A stretch of 64,000 bases of DNA from an uncultured Acidobacteriota bacterium. Its GTDB lineage: Bacteria > Acidobacteriota > UBA6911. Under the pieces are notes generated by a model. It worked only from the letters and a program-made list of their open reading frames with translations, was not told the origin of the DNA and searched no databases. The stretch lies in the NCBI GenBank assembly GCA_963843575.1, contig CAWJKZ010000019.1, forward strand, positions 224,001 to 288,000, read 5' to 3'. Below, piece after piece: positions 11,545 to 21,939 of the stretch. How positions within the stretch are numbered: position 1 is the first letter of the stretch; each line of letters starts with the position of its first letter. The position numbers were made by a program, and so were the translations under genes.

Positions 11545-12525
11545 ATGAATATGAGAAAGATCAGGTATGCGGACGCACTGAACGAGGCTCTCATCGAAGA
11601 GATGGCCCGCGACGAACGGGTGTTTGTAATCGGCGAGGATGTGGATCTGTATGGCGGTGTGTTCAAGCTGACCCGCCACCTGGTCGAGAAGTTCGGACCG
11701 CACCGGGTCGTGGGGACGCCGATTTCCGAGGAAGGGTTCGTAGGGCTTGCCGTCGGCGCGGCAATGACCGGGCTGCGCCCGGTCGTCGAGATCATGTACA
11801 TGGACTTCATCCTGCTGGCCATGGACCAGATGGTGAATCAGATGGCCAAGCTGCGTTACATGTCGGGCGGCCAGTTCCCGATGCCGGTGACGATTCGCGC
11901 CCAGGCCGGGGCGGGCACGGCCGAAGCAGCGCAGCACTCACAGAGCCTCGAGGCATGGTTTGCGCACGTGCCGGGAATCAAGGTGCTCATGCCCGCCACC
12001 GTGTACGACGCCAAGGGACTGCTCAAGTCTGCGATCCGCGACAACAACCCGGTGCTCATTATCGAAAACCGGGTCCTGTTTTACAGTTTCGAAGATGTGC
12101 CCGAAGGGGAATGGATCGTGCCATTGGGACAGGCGGATCTGGCGCGCGTCGGCAAAGACGTAACCGTCGTGGCTACGGGCTACGCACGCCGTAAAGCGCT
12201 CGCTGCCGCCGACCGGCTGGACGGCGAGATCAGCGTTGAAGTCATCGATCCCAGAACGATCCAGCCGTTGGACCTGGATACAATCGTCGCTTCCGTTCGC
12301 AAGACCGGACGGCTGCTGGTGGTGCACGAGGCCCCCACCCGCTGCGGGATCGGGGCCGAAATTGTGCGCCGGGTCGTCGAAGAGGCCTTTCATTACCTGG
12401 ACGCTCCTCCCCAGGTGTTGGGAGGGGCCGATCTGCCGATGCCGTTCAGTCCACAGCTGGAGCAGGCATGCCTGCCCCAGGAGGAGACAATCATCGGTGC
12501 CATCCGGCACCTGACCGAAAGCTGA
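11545..12525 (+). CDS. 2-oxoacid/acetoin dehydrogenase E1 beta-like subunit
   Basis: GEDV, TPISE, GLRPVVEIM, QHSQSLE, DAKGLL, VRKTGRL. Confidence 0.92.
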   Translation: MNMRKIRYADALNEALIEEMARDERVFVIGEDVDLYGGVFKLTRHLVEKFGPHRVVGTPISEEGFVGLAVGAAMTGLRPVVEIMYMDFILLAMDQMVNQMAKLRYMSGGQFPMPVTIRAQAGAGTAEAAQHSQSLEAWFAHVPGIKVLMPATVYDAKGLLKSAIRDNNPVLIIENRVLFYSFEDVPEGEWIVPLGQADLARVGKDVTVVATGYARRKALAAADRLDGEISVEVIDPRTIQPLDLDTIVASVRKTGRLLVVHEAPTRCGIGAEIVRRVVEEAFHYLDAPPQVLGGADLPMPFSPQLEQACLPQEETIIGAIRHLTES

Positions 12526-12593
12526 CAACCACCGGCGGAGCAGCCCCTCTCTGGAGGCCGCCGCCGGGTCACCTGCAGTACCCGGAGGTAGAG

Positions 12594-13662
12594 ATGGATC
12601 AAACCGGACGTCAGATCGGCTGCGCTGTTATAGGCTTCGGCGCAATGCACAATTTTGGATGGATGCACGCGACCTGGATCAGCACTACTCCTGAACTGAG
12701 AGCTCTGTGCGATATGCGATTCAGATCCTCAAAGACTCGACGCGGCGAGACGGGCCTTTCCCGGCATCCAGACCTACGGCAGTACGCGCGAGCTCTACGC
12801 GAACCCGGAGGTCGAGATGGTCACATTGGTTACCCCGAATTACACACACTGCGCGCTGGCTCTGGAGGCCTTTGCCAACGGCAGAAATGTTTTGACGGAG
12901 AACGCCATGTGTCTCTCGGTGGCCGAGGCTACGGCCATGATCGAGGCGTCCGAGGCGGCCGGCAAGATGTTCTGTGTGCACCACAACCGCCGCCACGATG
13001 GGAACTACCGTCTCATCAGGGAGATCGTCGACAGCGGGCGGATCGGCGAAGTGTTTCACGTCGAACTGTCGCCGAGCCATTATGGCAACCCCTTTGCTGC
13101 CACCCCTGCCACCTGGTGGGCCGACAGAACCCGCTCGGGAGGCTCCTATTACTATTACGGGCCGCAGGCCATTGACTGGCTTCTCGACCTCGTGCCGCAC
13201 CCGATTGCCGGTGTCACCGGGTTCTCCCACAAACTGGTCTGGCACGAGATGACCAATGAGGATCAGGTGACGGCGATCATTCGCTTTGAAAACGGGGCTG
13301 TCGCGAATTTCACCGAGTCTCACATCGATTGCGCCCCCAAGCCGTTCTGGCGCATCCTCGGGACCAAAGGCGCCATTGTCGACACAGGCAAAGATGCGAC
13401 CCGGGGGTACCAGGAGAAAACCTCCATGCCCTCGACGGGGAGTCTGAAGCTACTCACCCCGCATGATGACGGTATCATCGAGGAATCGATTCCATACAAA
13501 GACTCCGACTGGCACATGTTCTACAGGGATATAGCCAGTCACCTGCTGCGCGGCACACCCGTGCCGATTTCCGGCGAGTGCGGGCGGCGTGTCATCGGCG
13601 TGCTGGAGGCCGCCGCAAAGTCCTGCCGGAGCGGCAGAACCGAAGAGGTTTCCTACCGATAG
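12594..13662 (+). CDS. Gfo/Idh/MocA family NAD-dependent oxidoreductase, +1 frameshift near 12705
   Basis: GCAVIGFG Rossmann start after GGAGG, followed by TPNYTH, VLTENAM (EKP-like) and HHNRR. Confidence 0.85.
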
Positions 13663-13694
13663 GAGTCCCGCAGTGGGGCAAAGAGGACGCGATT

Positions 13695-14072
13695 ATGACA
13701 GAAGCCTCTTTTGCGCAATGGCTCGAGAACTACCTGCGGCCTCAGGAACAAAGGAGCGCGGAGAAGATCAAGGGCCTGTTCGCCGAGGACGGAGTGTACT
13801 TTTGGGGCCCCTTTTATGAGGCACGTCGCGGGGTAGAGGCCATCTACGCTCACCACCGGAATGCGCTCTCGCATCAAACGGACTTGAGATACGACTACGA
13901 CATCCTGGCGGTCACTGAAAAGTGTGGGATCGCACGGTTTCACCTCGTTCTTAAGGACCTGGTCGAAGGCGAGCCCTCGGAATACGACGGCATCTTCCTG
14001 GTGCATCTCAACCCGGATGGCAGGTGCTCGCTTTTCCAGGAGTGGTATCACAGCAGGGGACCCGCGAAATAA
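13695..14072 (+). CDS. SnoaL/NTF2-like family protein
   Basis: 125 aa with LFAEDGVY..GPF....G..AI and DGRC..FQEW. Confidence 0.75.
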   Translation: MTEASFAQWLENYLRPQEQRSAEKIKGLFAEDGVYFWGPFYEARRGVEAIYAHHRNALSHQTDLRYDYDILAVTEKCGIARFHLVLKDLVEGEPSEYDGIFLVHLNPDGRCSLFQEWYHSRGPAK

Positions 14073-14356
14073 GCGCTCCTGGCTCGGAGCAATAGGTTAT
14101 ATGGCAAAATATTGGCAAAGACCAATTGGACTACGATCTTAGCTTGATGGGTTCCCATCTGGGCTGAGATCGACATTCGTACGATGGATGCCTGTAAAAA
14201 TACCTGTAAAAATTGTTTTGACTATGACCTAGGGCCGTGCGAGAGTACGAGCATCCTTGGCTATCTTAAGGGCACCGCAATTTTCCAGGAATATTTGCAC
14301 ATGTAAAAAAAGCGCACGGCTCGGCCTTGTGCTCGAACACCAACTGGAGGTTTGTT

Positions 14357-17300
14357 ATGGCCTTGAAACGCTTTTGTGTCCCCAAGATGGCACTTCTGGC
14401 GGCCGGCCTCGGTGTCCTCTTCTGTACAGGGCTGTTTGCCCAGCAGATGGTCCTCTCCACGATCCGCGGAAACGCGCTCGATCAGTCGGGCGCGGCTGTT
14501 CCCGGCGTGACGATTACTCTCACTAACCTGGAGACAAGCGCCACCCGCTCCGTCTCGACTGGGGAGACCGGCGAGTTCGAGATCCCCTACATCCAGAGGG
14601 GCACATATAAACTGACGGCTACCATCTCCGGGTTTAAGACCTTCATTGCCGACAACATCATTCTCGAAAGCGGCCAGATCCGGAGGGTGGATGTCCGCCT
14701 GGAGGTGGGTGGCTCACAGACGGAGATCACGGTCCAGGCAAATGCGGCCGTGATCACGACCGAGGGTGCGTCGATCTCCGGCACAATCACGGCGCCCGTG
14801 TATGATGAGATCCCGATGGTTGCCAACTGGTTCGACCCGACGCTGGTCATGGTCACCATGCCGGGGATCGTGGCGCCGATCGGAGGCAGCTACAGCATCC
14901 AGTTCAACGGTCAGTCCTCGAGCCAGCTCTCGGAGGGGATGGACGGAATTACCTATGATGGCCCGGTGAACCAGGTCAACAATATCGAGGACGTTTCAGA
15001 GCTCCTGATGGTGACCACGTCGGCTCCGGCGGAATACAGCCGGGCCGGTAACTTCAACCTGGTCAGCAAAGGCGGGGGCAACCAGTACCACGGACGACTG
15101 TACTACACCCATCAGAATGGCGCGCTGAATGCCCGGGAGTACTTCTCACCCGGCAAGACCAAGTATCTCGTCCACACGTTCGGCGCGCATATGGGCGGCC
15201 CGATCATCAAGGACAAGTTGTTTTTCTATGCGACCTGGAACGCTCATCGGGTGCCGAGCCATTTCTTCGCCCGTGCGGCGGTGCCTACCGCGGGGATGCG
15301 TAACGGCGATTTCTCTTCCCTGCTGCCCGACATTGTGATCGCCGATCCGTTCACGGGAGTTCCTTTCCCCGGGAACAAAATCCCCACTTCGCGCCTCAAT
15401 GCGACTTCACTCAAGACGCAGGATCTGTACATCCCCAAACCCAACCTTGGTGGTGCGGAATTCCTGGGAGAGAACCTGGGGTGGACGCACCCCAAAGCCC
15501 AGGATGCCTATAAGCAGGATTACCTGATGCAGCGTATCGACTACAACCTGTCCAAGGACAATACTCTCTTCGGGCGGTTTACGGTGCGCGTGGTTCCGTA
15601 CTACCTGCCGGGAGGATTGCCGAATTTTGCCTGGACAAGGAATCGCCACCACAGCAACCTGGTGTTATCCGACACCCATGTCTTCACGCCCAAGCTGGTC
15701 AACACATTCCGGTTTGGCTGGATCAAGGATTTCTATGAAGACGGCAGGGAGGTTGCCGGCTTCACCCCGCCAAACGGCAATGATGCCGTGAAGGCCATCG
15801 GCCTGGAGGGGGTGAATCCGAAAGGCTACTCCGCCATGGGATTCCCGACCATGAGCATTGCCGGTTTCTCGGCCCTGTCCCAAACGGCCGGCGGCATAGC
15901 CCAGGACGCTCGAGATCTCTCCTATGCAGACTCGGTCACCTGGTCTTTTGACAAGCACGTGATGAAATTCGGGGGTGAACTCAAATCGTTCCGCGAGTTC
16001 ACCGGAACCGTGCCCGACGGGACGTACGGTTCCTTCGGCTTTGAGGGGAACTTCACCGGATTTGCCTATGCCGATTTCCTGCTGGGCCTCCCCAATACCA
16101 GCTTCCGCCTGAACCCGTTGACCAACAGAACGAAAAAGGCCTGGGAACTGGGGCTGTTCGTGCAGGACAGCTTCAAGGTCAGTCCGCGTCTGAGCGTCGA
16201 TTATGGCTTGAGATGGGAATATTTCGGGGCCGGGACCTTCGACGACGGCTTGATGTACAACTGGGATCCATCTACGGCAAACGTAGTCGTCCCTGAATCC
16301 GCAAAGGGCAGCGTCAGCCCGCTCTACCCGACGTCCATTGGGGTGGTAACGGGAGAGGTCGTCCAGAGGCCGAGAAAAACCAACTACCGGCCGCGTTTCG
16401 GCATTTCCTACCGGCTGCGCGATAACACGGTGCTGCGAGGCGGGTATTCGAGCTTCACTGAACAAATCGGGCGTTACGCCCTGATGCAAGGGGGAGGGCC
16501 CTACCAGCTGAGCGAATCCTTTTTCAACGAGATCACGAACGGCACTGCGCTATTTCAGTTTCCGAATCCCTTCCCGGCCTTCCCTGGCAGCGTTCCCTCT
16601 CAAAGCGTCTCGGGCTACCCTCTCGACACGCACAATGGGAATATCCATCAGATGAACCTCAGCCTCGAACAACAATGGCATGACATCGGGTTCCGGTTCT
16701 CCTACATCAATGCCCGGAACCGGGGGCTGTTGTACAGCCAGAACATCAACAAGCCGCAACCGAGCTTGACCCCATTTTCATCGAGCCGACGGCCGAATCC
16801 GCAGTTCGTAGGCACCACATTGTATAAGTCAAAGGGCGATACGAATTACGATGCATTTCAGTTTGAAGTGCAGCGCAAAGTTGGTGCCGTGACCTTCGAT
16901 AGCCACTACACGTGGGCGCATGGGGCCTCGAACTATCTGAACCTTGAAAACCCATACGCCCAGCTGTTCTGGAACCAGGACTCCACCACACCCAGGCACC
17001 GGGTGGTCATGAATGTTGGCTGGCAGCTGCCGTTCGGGCGGGGGCAGCGCCACGCTGCGAATGCGCCTCGTGCTGTGGACGCCGTCATCGGTGGATGGAC
17101 CCTCTACTATGTGGGGTTCCTGAACACCGGGCAGCGCTTCACGCCTCGATTCTCGGGATCGGATCCGTCGAACACGAACACCTTCGGCGGCCTTCCCGAT
17201 CGCATTGGAGACGGCAACCTGCCTGCCGGCCAGAGAACCCAGGACCGCTGGTTTGATGCGTCCGCCTTCAAGGTCCCGGTCAAAGGAGTATTCGGGAACA

Positions 17301-17557
17301 GCGGCATCAACATCCTGGAAGGCCCCGGGTACAACACGCATCACCTGACCGTCTCCAAGAAATTCAACCTGTTCGAGAGATGGCAATTTCAATATTCCTG
17401 CCAGATTTCGAACATCTTCAACCATCCCAACTTCTATTTCCCGAACAGCAATATCTCGATTCCTTCGGTCGGCCTGATCGAATCGGATGTCAGCATCTGG
17501 GATCTGCAGAAGGGGGGAGCCCGGATGGTTGAAATGAAGCTCCGCGTTGATTTTTAA
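14357..17557 (+). CDS. TonB-dependent receptor (Oar-like, with N-terminal carboxypeptidase-regulatory-like domain)
   Basis: Signal peptide, DQSGAAVPGVTITLTN, GGPIIKDKLFF, FVQDSFKV, NIFNHPNF and a C-terminal Phe. Confidence 0.93.
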   Translation: MALKRFCVPKMALLAAGLGVLFCTGLFAQQMVLSTIRGNALDQSGAAVPGVTITLTNLETSATRSVSTGETGEFEIPYIQRGTYKLTATISGFKTFIADNIILESGQIRRVDVRLEVGGSQTEITVQANAAVITTEGASISGTITAPVYDEIPMVANWFDPTLVMVTMPGIVAPIGGSYSIQFNGQSSSQLSEGMDGITYDGPVNQVNNIEDVSELLMVTTSAPAEYSRAGNFNLVSKGGGNQYHGRLYYTHQNGALNAREYFSPGKTKYLVHTFGAHMGGPIIKDKLFFYATWNAHRVPSHFFARAAVPTAGMRNGDFSSLLPDIVIADPFTGVPFPGNKIPTSRLNATSLKTQDLYIPKPNLGGAEFLGENLGWTHPKAQDAYKQDYLMQRIDYNLSKDNTLFGRFTVRVVPYYLPGGLPNFAWTRNRHHSNLVLSDTHVFTPKLVNTFRFGWIKDFYEDGREVAGFTPPNGNDAVKAIGLEGVNPKGYSAMGFPTMSIAGFSALSQTAGGIAQDARDLSYADSVTWSFDKHVMKFGGELKSFREFTGTVPDGTYGSFGFEGNFTGFAYADFLLGLPNTSFRLNPLTNRTKKAWELGLFVQDSFKVSPRLSVDYGLRWEYFGAGTFDDGLMYNWDPSTANVVVPESAKGSVSPLYPTSIGVVTGEVVQRPRKTNYRPRFGISYRLRDNTVLRGGYSSFTEQIGRYALMQGGGPYQLSESFFNEITNGTALFQFPNPFPAFPGSVPSQSVSGYPLDTHNGNIHQMNLSLEQQWHDIGFRFSYINARNRGLLYSQNINKPQPSLTPFSSSRRPNPQFVGTTLYKSKGDTNYDAFQFEVQRKVGAVTFDSHYTWAHGASNYLNLENPYAQLFWNQDSTTPRHRVVMNVGWQLPFGRGQRHAANAPRAVDAVIGGWTLYYVGFLNTGQRFTPRFSGSDPSNTNTFGGLPDRIGDGNLPAGQRTQDRWFDASAFKVPVKGVFGNSGINILEGPGYNTHHLTVSKKFNLFERWQFQYSCQISNIFNHPNFYFPNSNISIPSVGLIESDVSIWDLQKGGARMVEMKLRVDF

Positions 17558-17570
17558 GCCTCCGGCGAGT

Positions 17571-17615
17571 TGACGAGAAGCGCTGTCCGGTTGGTCCGGG
17601 CGGCGCTTCTCGTCA
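17571..17615 (+). terminator. 20-bp stem hairpin after the TonB receptor gene (terminator or mRNA stabiliser)
   Basis: tgacgagaagcgctgtccgg-ttggt-ccgggcggcgcttctcgtca, with two G-U pairs and no clear U-tract. Confidence 0.6.
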
Positions 17616-17766
17616 TGCGTGTCCGCGTGTGCCGCATCAACCCGCGGAATTGCAGGATCCGGCCGCAGTCGAATCCGATTGCTCGGACGGAACGCTGGAA
17701 TTTTTTGGTCCCCCGCCCGCCGTCTGCAGTGATGTGTAACGCTCCTAATTGAGGAGGAAAACTCCC

Positions 17767-20241
17767 ATGCCAGCAGCCCATCGACGAGTTCACCTCGCAG
17801 CCCTGTTCGTGGTCTGGCTCTCTTTCATGGGGTCGGCCGCTACACTGTCCGCACAGATGCGGGGAGGAATGTTGAACCCGGACATCGATACCCCGGGAAA
17901 ACCTTTCTCCTACTTCTGGAAACCCACGGATGTGATCGGCTCGCTGTTTGGGCGGGTGGCGGCGGAAGTCACGCCCGAAGGGCATCTCTACACAGGTCTG
18001 GGCGAGCTGATGTTCTTTGTCGGTAATCCGCCGGAGGAAGTGAACGAGCGCATCAAAACGCTGCACAAAGGGTATCTCCCCATTGTCCGGTACGACGTGC
18101 GGCGCGACGGTGTCCGATATGAATTTTCGCTGTTTGCCGATGATGCGGGCGGCGCAGTGGCCGGTCTGCCTGTCAACCTGGTTGGAGTGCGGCTCGTGAA
18201 CGAGTCGCAGGAAGCGAGAACTGCCTATGTGAGTTCGGCCTACCGATTCAGCCCTCCCAATACCGGCCTGGGGAGCCTTCCTGATTACCGGTTCTCCCAG
18301 AGGCTGGAACTGATCCCGAAGGATCTGGTGGACGGGCAGGATGCCTTCAACCCGGCCTGGAAGTACTCGTTCGGCACGAACGCGCTGGTCCGCGACGGCC
18401 GCATCCTCTATTGGTTCCCTACCGACCCCCAGCCGGACCAGTTTTCGTTGAGCCTCACCGACAACGGGCTGCGCATGTACAAGTTTTTCACGGGTGAAAT
18501 CATTGGCGACCGGAATCCCAAACACCGGTTGAATCCGGGCACACCCATGGGCTTGGTGAGTTACCGGGTGACTCTTCAGCCGAAGGAGGGCAAATCCCTG
18601 GCCTTCAAAATGCCCATCGTGCCCCTCCCGGTGGATCTGCCGGAAACCAGACAGATCGCCGATGCGGATTACTCCCAAAGTTACCAGCGCACAGTATCCG
18701 GCTGGGAGGGATTGCTGTCCAAGGGGGGGTTGAAGTTCCCGGAACGCAAGGTTCAGGAATTTCTGCTCGCCAACACGGCATTCGATCTGCTCGCGATCGA
18801 CAAGGTGGGTGAGAACTACATACCGAATGTCAACAAGTTCCAATACCACCGGTATTACGGCGGATGCGACACGGTCCATATGCTCATTGCGCTGGATTAC
18901 ATGGGCCTGCAGGACATCGCCGAAAAAGCACTGCTTTTTTCCCTCACCGCCCAGGCGTCCAATGGAGCTTTTATCCCGGAGCGTCAGAAAATAGAGGATT
19001 ACCGGCTGTGGGAGAGCTTCGGTTATGCCCTCTGGGGTTGGGGGCGCCACTACCTGCTGACACGCGATGAGTCCTTCCTCCAGAAAATCTATCCGGGTGT
19101 GCCGCGCGCGGTGGATTGGCTCGAAAAACTCATCAAGAACGATCCGCTGGGACTGGTCCCCCCCGTTGAGATTGCCGACGACGCGGCCCTCAAGAATGCC
19201 TACCAGACCGGGCAAAGCACGCTTGCGCTGATCGGCCTCCGCAATGCCATTGTGCTGGCCGAAAGCATGGGGCAGAAAGGAGACACGGAGAGATTCAAGG
19301 GCGTCTATGAGCGGTACCGCGCCTCTTTTGATAAGCAGCTCGCGCTGCAAACGGCTAAGAGCGGCGGCTGGATCCCTCCGGCCCTCACTCAGACTCTGGA
19401 AGGCAACCACTGGGACAACATGCTCACGCTGTATCCGGAGCTTCTCTTCGAGCCGTTCGACCCGAGGGTCACGGCCACCATCCGCAGGTCGAGAGAGACC
19501 TACGTGGAAGGAATCCTGGGATATGTCCTGCCCAGTGCAATTGCACGCAACGGAGATGATTTTGTTTTCGAGACCACGCCACGCCTCCACTACTGGCAGA
19601 CGCAGGACAACACGCTGAACGCATTGGTTCGCGGCGGGGCCGAAGACCAGCAACTCGCTGTGCAGGACCTGTACGCCATGCTGGTCCACACCACGTCCAC
19701 GCATGCCCCGCAGGAGTTCGGCACCTTGCCGTGGAGCACGCGCGACATGGTGGGTCACGACCTGCTGCCGGACGGGCCGGCTTCCGGAAAAACAATCGAA
19801 GTCCTGCGCAACATGCTGGTGCGCGAGTATAAGAACGATCTTGTCCTTTTTTCGGCTTTATCGCCGTCCTGGCTGAAACCGGGACAGACCGTCGAGGCCG
19901 TCAACCAGCCGACGGTGTTCGGTCCCGTGAGCGTGATCCTCAGGACTGAGGCCGACGGTCTGGCCATAAAGCTCTCCAACAAGTTCCGTCAGGCCCCGGA
20001 CCGGATCGTGGTTTCCGTGCCCTGGTTTTACGACGTGAAGCAGGCCGAAGCGGACGGCCGCCCACTGACGGTCCGGGACGCGCGACTGGTGATTCCGGCG
20101 ACTGCTCGAGAAGTGCGGATTACAGGCATGATCAAGGCCGGTACGCCGGATTGGAGTTACGAGCAGGCGGTGCGTGACTTCAAACGGGAGTACCGGAGCC
20201 GATACCAGGATTTTCTCCGGACCGGCCCGGCAAAACGCTGA
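17767..20241 (+). CDS. Exported six-hairpin glycosidase-like protein, paralog 2
   Basis: GAGGAGG RBS and signal peptide. It shares long identical blocks with 2000..4486 (PNVNKFQYHR, FEPFDPRVTATIR, LLPDGPASGKTIE). Confidence 0.65.
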   Translation: MPAAHRRVHLAALFVVWLSFMGSAATLSAQMRGGMLNPDIDTPGKPFSYFWKPTDVIGSLFGRVAAEVTPEGHLYTGLGELMFFVGNPPEEVNERIKTLHKGYLPIVRYDVRRDGVRYEFSLFADDAGGAVAGLPVNLVGVRLVNESQEARTAYVSSAYRFSPPNTGLGSLPDYRFSQRLELIPKDLVDGQDAFNPAWKYSFGTNALVRDGRILYWFPTDPQPDQFSLSLTDNGLRMYKFFTGEIIGDRNPKHRLNPGTPMGLVSYRVTLQPKEGKSLAFKMPIVPLPVDLPETRQIADADYSQSYQRTVSGWEGLLSKGGLKFPERKVQEFLLANTAFDLLAIDKVGENYIPNVNKFQYHRYYGGCDTVHMLIALDYMGLQDIAEKALLFSLTAQASNGAFIPERQKIEDYRLWESFGYALWGWGRHYLLTRDESFLQKIYPGVPRAVDWLEKLIKNDPLGLVPPVEIADDAALKNAYQTGQSTLALIGLRNAIVLAESMGQKGDTERFKGVYERYRASFDKQLALQTAKSGGWIPPALTQTLEGNHWDNMLTLYPELLFEPFDPRVTATIRRSRETYVEGILGYVLPSAIARNGDDFVFETTPRLHYWQTQDNTLNALVRGGAEDQQLAVQDLYAMLVHTTSTHAPQEFGTLPWSTRDMVGHDLLPDGPASGKTIEVLRNMLVREYKNDLVLFSALSPSWLKPGQTVEAVNQPTVFGPVSVILRTEADGLAIKLSNKFRQAPDRIVVSVPWFYDVKQAEADGRPLTVRDARLVIPATAREVRITGMIKAGTPDWSYEQAVRDFKREYRSRYQDFLRTGPAKR

Positions 20242-20315
20242 GCGTGGGTCCCGGCCGCCGCAACGAATTGAATTGAGTTCAGCAGGAATGTTTTTCCAAT
20301 TCGGAGGACAGCGAA

Positions 20316-21218
20316 ATGACCATGAGCACGCGCGTTGTAGGTCGACGGCAGATGCTTGCGACCGGCATGGCCGCACTCAGCGTTCCAGGCGGATGGGTGC
20401 AGGCCCAGAGGCAGTCCAGCGCATCCCACGCCCGTTCCGTCCGCGACCACCTTTGGGTTTTCGCGTGTGCAGCCAACACCGACTTCGACAGGTTCAAGCG
20501 GCGCTCGGTGATGACGCCGGCGGAAAGCGCGTTCTATTACGGAGTCCCGAACATCATCATGGTTCAGGCCAGCGAGTCCGAATCCAAGTACGGGCGTTTT
20601 GAATCCCCTTTTGCCCAATACGCCGCAGGACTCAAACCTCTCAAGCGCGTCGTATGGTCGGTCGTGGGTTCCGGCGGATTTTCCTCACCCGCGGAGACCG
20701 ACGAGGTTATCGACCTTGCCGGAAAGACTGCGAATTTCACCGGTATCATGCTCGATGATTTCTTTGGTTCGCCGAAGAATTGGAAACAGGCCATGTGGAC
20801 AACGGAGCAGCTTGCCGCTTTCCGCAGCCGCCTCCAGGGGACGGGTAAGAAGCTCGACATCTTCGTCACCCTGTATACCAGCCAGCTGGAGTTACCTCTG
20901 CAAAGCTATCTGGAGTTGATCGACGTGATTACGCTGTGGACCGGAGACATGACAAGTCTCGAGGCCAGCCTGATACGAACCGAACGCCTCGCCCCCAGGC
21001 TGAGGAAGATGGCGGGGATCTATGTCGCTGACTATGGAACCGGCAAATCCAGGCCGCTGGATGAGATCAAGCTCCAGTGCGAGACGTCTTTGAAATGGCT
21101 GCGCGACCGGCGCATCGAGGGGATCATCTTTCTTGGAAACACCGCGATGGATTTCGATTTCCCGTCGGTGGAGTGGACCCGAGAGTGGATCGCCAGAGTC
21201 GCCGACACGGAGCTGTGA
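20316..21218 (+). CDS. Tat-exported ~300-aa protein of unknown function, paralog 2
   Basis: GRRQML leader, VRDHLW, GIMLDDFF, LWTG, GIIFLGN. Confidence 0.7.
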   Translation: MTMSTRVVGRRQMLATGMAALSVPGGWVQAQRQSSASHARSVRDHLWVFACAANTDFDRFKRRSVMTPAESAFYYGVPNIIMVQASESESKYGRFESPFAQYAAGLKPLKRVVWSVVGSGGFSSPAETDEVIDLAGKTANFTGIMLDDFFGSPKNWKQAMWTTEQLAAFRSRLQGTGKKLDIFVTLYTSQLELPLQSYLELIDVITLWTGDMTSLEASLIRTERLAPRLRKMAGIYVADYGTGKSRPLDEIKLQCETSLKWLRDRRIEGIIFLGNTAMDFDFPSVEWTREWIARVADTEL

Positions 21219-21252
21219 CGCGTGAACGGGCGGAACCTCGCGAGCCCGCGGT

Positions 21253-21939
21253 TTACTTGCAGAACTTCATCGATTGCCATTCCTCGTATCTATGAAAGAA
21301 GCTCCCCTGGGCGGTGCTGAATTTTGTGGTCGAGCTGAGCTCCAGGCCCTCATCAAGGTAAACGGAATAGTCGTAACGAGCCAGGTGAAAATCCCAGGTT
21401 TCGCCGGGCTCCGGGTGCCGCCCTTTCAGGGTCGGCAGACTGCCGAACGGGATGGCTGCTTCAAGACACCAGTATTCGTCGACATCCTCCCACCTGTTCA
21501 GCGTTCCCCTGATGTTGATGCCCACGAGCAGGCCTTCGCAGTTCCACCTGCTCCATCGGTGATGATCTTCTCCGCCGGCCCCTCGTTTGGCGTTGAATGC
21601 GTCGTAAACGGTGCCCAGCGGGTTGATCTCAAAATTGTAGTAGGCGCTCTGCTCTTTGTCGGGCTTGAGAAAGATCTCAAGGACATCTTCATTGCATGTC
21701 TGGGAATCGCGTTCCGTGTGGTGTCCCCAGATATCCTTGTCGTACGCCTTGATGGCCACGTAGAGATGCTTTTCGTCCCAGAGCATTCGACCGCAGCTGA
21801 TGCTTTGAGGCGTGGCGTTGCTGACAGGAACATAAAATTCCAGGGCCGGCGCCTCCTGCCATGCTGGCTCATCAATCAATCCGTCGATCTGGATTTGGGA
21901 CTCTGTGAACTTGCACTCGTACCCTGTGCCGGCTGTCAT
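21253..21939 (-). CDS. CBM9-like sugar-binding domain protein
   Basis: IDGLIDEPAW, WDEKHLY, DVLEIFL, YYNFEINPLGT, EAAIPF. Confidence 0.8.
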   Translation of the reverse strand: MTAGTGYECKFTESQIQIDGLIDEPAWQEAPALEFYVPVSNATPQSISCGRMLWDEKHLYVAIKAYDKDIWGHHTERDSQTCNEDVLEIFLKPDKEQSAYYNFEINPLGTVYDAFNAKRGAGGEDHHRWSRWNCEGLLVGINIRGTLNRWEDVDEYWCLEAAIPFGSLPTLKGRHPEPGETWDFHLARYDYSVYLDEGLELSSTTKFSTAQGSFFHRYEEWQSMKFCK

